DNA of 63,334 nucleotides, counting the filler, from Reclinomonas americana ATCC 50394 (Eukaryota), in NCBI GenBank assembly GCA_048213135.1. It is 4 parts of 4 records of this genome, joined end to end, with 100 filler letters (N's around TTAATTAATTAA, not from the genome) between each part and the next. Parts side by side here need not be neighbours in the genome. Positions count along the whole stretch, not along the records: positions 43,927 to 61,291 come from PS015226.1; positions 61,392 to 63,334 come from PS015232.1; 2 more parts are not named here. One strand, 5' to 3'. Shown here piece by piece: positions 60,423 to 63,334 of the stretch. Made by a program: the position numbers and the translations under genes. Position 1 is the first letter of the stretch. Every line of letters begins with the position of its first letter. The notes beneath the pieces are model-generated. The model ran no database searches. It had not been told where the DNA came from and saw only the letters and a program-made list of their open reading frames with translations.

Positions 60423-61220
60423 TCATCGCCTCGAGTCTGTCGCCCTCGTCCGTCATTGCCGTCGGCGACGCTCTTGCCTTCACCATTCTGGGCCAGAACC
60501 TCGACTCGTCGTTCATGATGCTTCTGGAGCCGGCCTCCAGTCCCCCCTGCACTGGGCCGGGCATTCCGTTGCAGACGAGCTCGGTGGGCACGAATCTCAC
60601 GGCGCTGGAGGTGCAGCCGACCTTCTCTTCACCCCTTCCCGCTGGCGTCTGTGCGTGGAGAGTTGTGATTTTGTGTCCTTGCGTGCTGACGACGACTGAC
60701 CTCCTCTTTCCGTGCGGCAGACGATGTGTGCATCCAGTTTGACGTCGTCGAAGGCTTCGGCGTACCGGCCACTGGCCAAGTGTCCATTGGTTTGCGGGGA
60801 GAGTGTTTGGAGGCGTTGTCGCAAAACTCACACTTTGCTGCAGTGCAATCGTCCCTGGTGGATCCCATTTCTGTGGTCGCTGACAATGTGCCGAAGAAAG
60901 TGGTGGTGTCGGGTGTGGCACTCGACAAGTCGCGCGACACGTTCATTGCCATTCGCGACACTGATGCATGCGGTTCCAGTCCGTCGGTGGCCTCTGCTGT
61001 TGGTACGTAGCTGCGAACCACTCTTGGCTTCAGACTCTCACTCACTATTTTCATGGAACAGTCGACGCCACCGGACCCACCGGCACCGCGCTGGCGGTAT
61101 TGGTGACGGTGTCGCCAAGCACGGCGGCGATTAGCACGTCGTTGCGACTCTGCATACGACTCGGCTCCGACACCTTCCGGGACTTTACCAACAGTGGCGG
61201 CGGCACGTTTTATGTTGGTG
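60423..61220 (+). CDS. Fragment encoding two Cys-pair Ig-like repeats related to the giant protein
   Basis: IASSLSPSSV...ILGQNL...C...Y|DVCIQF and VDPISVV...VVSGVAL...DTF...C...LRLCIRLG. Gap-flanked. Confidence 0.7.
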
Positions 61221-61335
61221 CGCTGTGAGCACATTCGTTTACTGAGTCTCCTCTCAGCGATGATTGATGGCCTGTGTCTTCCTGTTGCTGGNNNNNNNNN
61301 NNNNNNNNNNNNNNNNNNNNNNNNNNNNNNNNNNN

Positions 61336-61347
61336 TTAATTAATTAA
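61336..61347. other. Artificial scaffold linker
   Basis: TTAATTAATTAA within N-runs. Confidence 0.95.
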
Positions 61348-61497
61348 NNNNNNNNNNNNNNNNNNNNNNNNNNNNNNNNNNNNNNNNNNNNGAGAGGGAG
61401 AGGGAGGGGGGGAGGCAGAGGGAGAGGGAGAGGGAGAGGGAGAGGGGAGAAGAGTGAGTGTGGAAGTGATTGCGCGTCCATCACGAAGTGCACGCAC

Positions 61498-62531
61498 CTT
61501 GTACAAAATGGCGGCGGTGAGGAGAATCACGTCTGGGTCGTCGGCCACGCAGTACTCGAGGTGGGCGACGGCGGCGGGGAAGTCGTCGTTCTCGTACAGC
61601 GCCAGGGCTTGCAGTTTGTGGATCTGCGGGAAGGGGGAAGGCGGAGGGTGAGGGGAGGGACGGGAAGGGGAAGAGGGGTGAGGGGAGGAGAGCGACAGTA
61701 AAGCGGGATGAAAGCAACAGCGAAGCACAAGGAGAGCGACAGCGCAGCGGGAGGCGAGCGATAGCGCAGCGCGAAGAGAGCGACAGCGAAGCGGGAAGGA
61801 GAGCGACAGCGAAGCGGGAAGGGGAGCGACAGCGAAGCGGAAGGGGAGCGACAGCGAAGCGGAAGGGGAGCGACAGCGAAGCGGGAGAGAAAGTGACAGC
61901 GAAGAAAAGGAGAGCGACAGCGAAGCGGGAGGAGAGCGACAGCGAAGCGGGAGGAGAGCGACAGCGAAGCGGGAGGAGAGCGACAGCGAAGCGGGAGGAG
62001 AGCGACAGCGAAGCGGGAGGAGAGCGACAGCGAAGCGGGAGGAGAGCGACAGCGAAGCGGGAGGAGAGCGACAGCGAAGCGGGAGGAGAGCGACAGCGAA
62101 GCGGGAGGGGAGCGACAGCGAAGCGGGAGGAGAGCGACAGCGAAGCGGAAGGAGAGCGACAGCGAAGCGGAAGGAGAGCGACAGCGAAGCGGGAGGAGAG
62201 CGACATCGCAGAGAAAGGGGAGCGACAGCGAAGCGGGAGAGAGAGCGACAGCGAAGCAAAAGGGGAGCGACAGCGCAGCGTCAGAAAGAAAGTGTCCCAA
62301 GCTTCCCTTGTGCCAATCCCTTCCCCTCCGAGACGCAACTCGCTGCGAGTACTCGGGCTTGTCGATCGCATTGCAGGTCTTGATGCACTCGGCGTAGAGG
62401 GCAGCCTTGTGCAGCGCCTGTGCGTAGTACACCTTGTACTCTTCCACGTCGGGGTAGTACTTGAGGAGCTCCTCGTAGCAGCCGGAGGCGGACACGAAGT
62501 CCTCAATCATGTAGTAGCAATAGCCGAGGAG
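61498..62531 (-). CDS. IFT70: Intraflagellar transport protein 70 (TTC30/fleer/DYF-1), two internal exons
   Basis: LLGYCYY..EDF..A..CYEEL...YP.VEEYKVYYAQAL.KA..Y (62340-62531) and KLQA...YE.DD...DPD......ILYK (61498-61623). Confidence 0.88.
61690..62281. repeat. 22-bp tandem minisatellite in an IFT70 intron
   Basis: Unit GCGACAGCGAAGCGGGAGGAGA, roughly 25 copies; perfect in the centre, degenerate at the edges. Confidence 0.92.
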
Positions 62532-63008
62532 CTGTGGGAGGGAGAAGGTGGAAGCAGGGAGTGAGTGGATGGTGAGAGAAGGGAAAGATAGAAGGGAGAG
62601 AGAGAGGGGAGAGTGCAACGATTACGAATACCAGGCACAAATGAAGCAGTGACAGAAATCGAGCAGAAAGCAGCAAAGGAGACACAGCACAGCACAAGCA
62701 GCACAGTGCGTGACAGCGCACTGAGCAGCGAGCGAGACGCAGAAGGAAACGAAAGGAGAGGGAACAGTTGTCTCCCGCATGCAACACGACTCGTTTGTCT
62801 CATTCTCTCCACACCTCTCCAACCTCTCTACCCTCATCCTCGCGCTCATGCTCTCTAACAAACACACACAAACAACCACGCTCACTCAGTCTGCGCTCGT
62901 CTGTGCACGAACAATAAGTCTTTCGGTTTGCAATCACCTCACCCGTTGCGTCCCTGCACTGCTCTCTGTGCTCGTATGTGCCTTTGTGTGTATGCGTGCA
63001 AGTACGTG

Positions 63009-63055
<47 letters not shown>

Positions 63056-63334
63056 GAGTGAGTCTTGGTCGTTGATATGCTTGAGTCTTCTCTCAACAGT
63101 CACCTCATTGCACCTCTCTCACTTGTCTCGCCCGTTGCGAACCTGTACTGCTCTCTGTGTGTATGTGTGTTAGTGTGTGTGTGTGTGCGTCTCTCTTTCT
63201 CTCTCTCTCTCTCTCTGTGCAAGTCACTGAGTCTTTGTCGTCGATCGTCTTCTCTTCTCTGTCTGAGTCCTCTGCATTCACCTGAACCCTGCCCACTGCA
63301 CCTCCCTCTGTGTGTGCGTGCCTCTCTCTCTCTC

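Noticed and set aside
61690-62281. CRISPR-like array
   Set aside because: Head-to-tail repeats with no unique spacers, inside a eukaryotic intron, and no cas genes.
61336-62618. Repeat-protein ORFs (LRCRSPPASLSLSSRFAVALLP)n
   Set aside because: Read-through of the intronic 22-bp minisatellite; the flanking exons splice into IFT70.
1-63334. rRNA, tRNA, transposase or viral genes; numerous antisense ORFs
   Set aside because: No recognisable structural-RNA or mobile-element motifs by eye; antisense ORFs are expected shadows of GC-rich coding sequence.

Overview
Draft-assembly DNA from an intron-rich but very compact eukaryote, probably a flagellated non-opisthokont protist (inferred from IFT70, a cycloartenol-type oxidosqualene cyclase and PHD-containing SCC2). 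The window joins four scaffolds with N-flanked TTAATTAATTAA linkers (20046, 43871, 61336). At least three gap-flanked contigs are flipped relative to the gene they belong to. About 20 spliced genes can be reconstructed by eye: SCC2/NIPBL, a minimal PI-PLC, an ATG7-like E1, cycloartenol synthase, a METTL2/6-type methyltransferase, a small 2H-like protein, a glycosyltransferase, D2HGDH, a coiled-coil protein, an ATG15-like lipase, a JmjC protein, RMI1, ALG14, an unknown protein, a MACPF-EGF-LRR protein, an ABCB half transporter, a TPR-kinase-PH protein, a giant repeat surface protein plus a related fragment, and IFT70. The best candidate for a new system is the secreted perforin-like protein (30571-34308), in which MACPF+EGF is fused to a plant-receptor-type LRR array built mostly from one-repeat, same-phase cassette exons. 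Also notable: an ATG7 whose catalytic Cys is Ala, a signal-anchored X-Y-only PLC, and a recurrent atypical GTTGCG splice donor. Gene coordinates are outer spans of manually spliced models, and family calls rest on recalled motifs; no database search was run.
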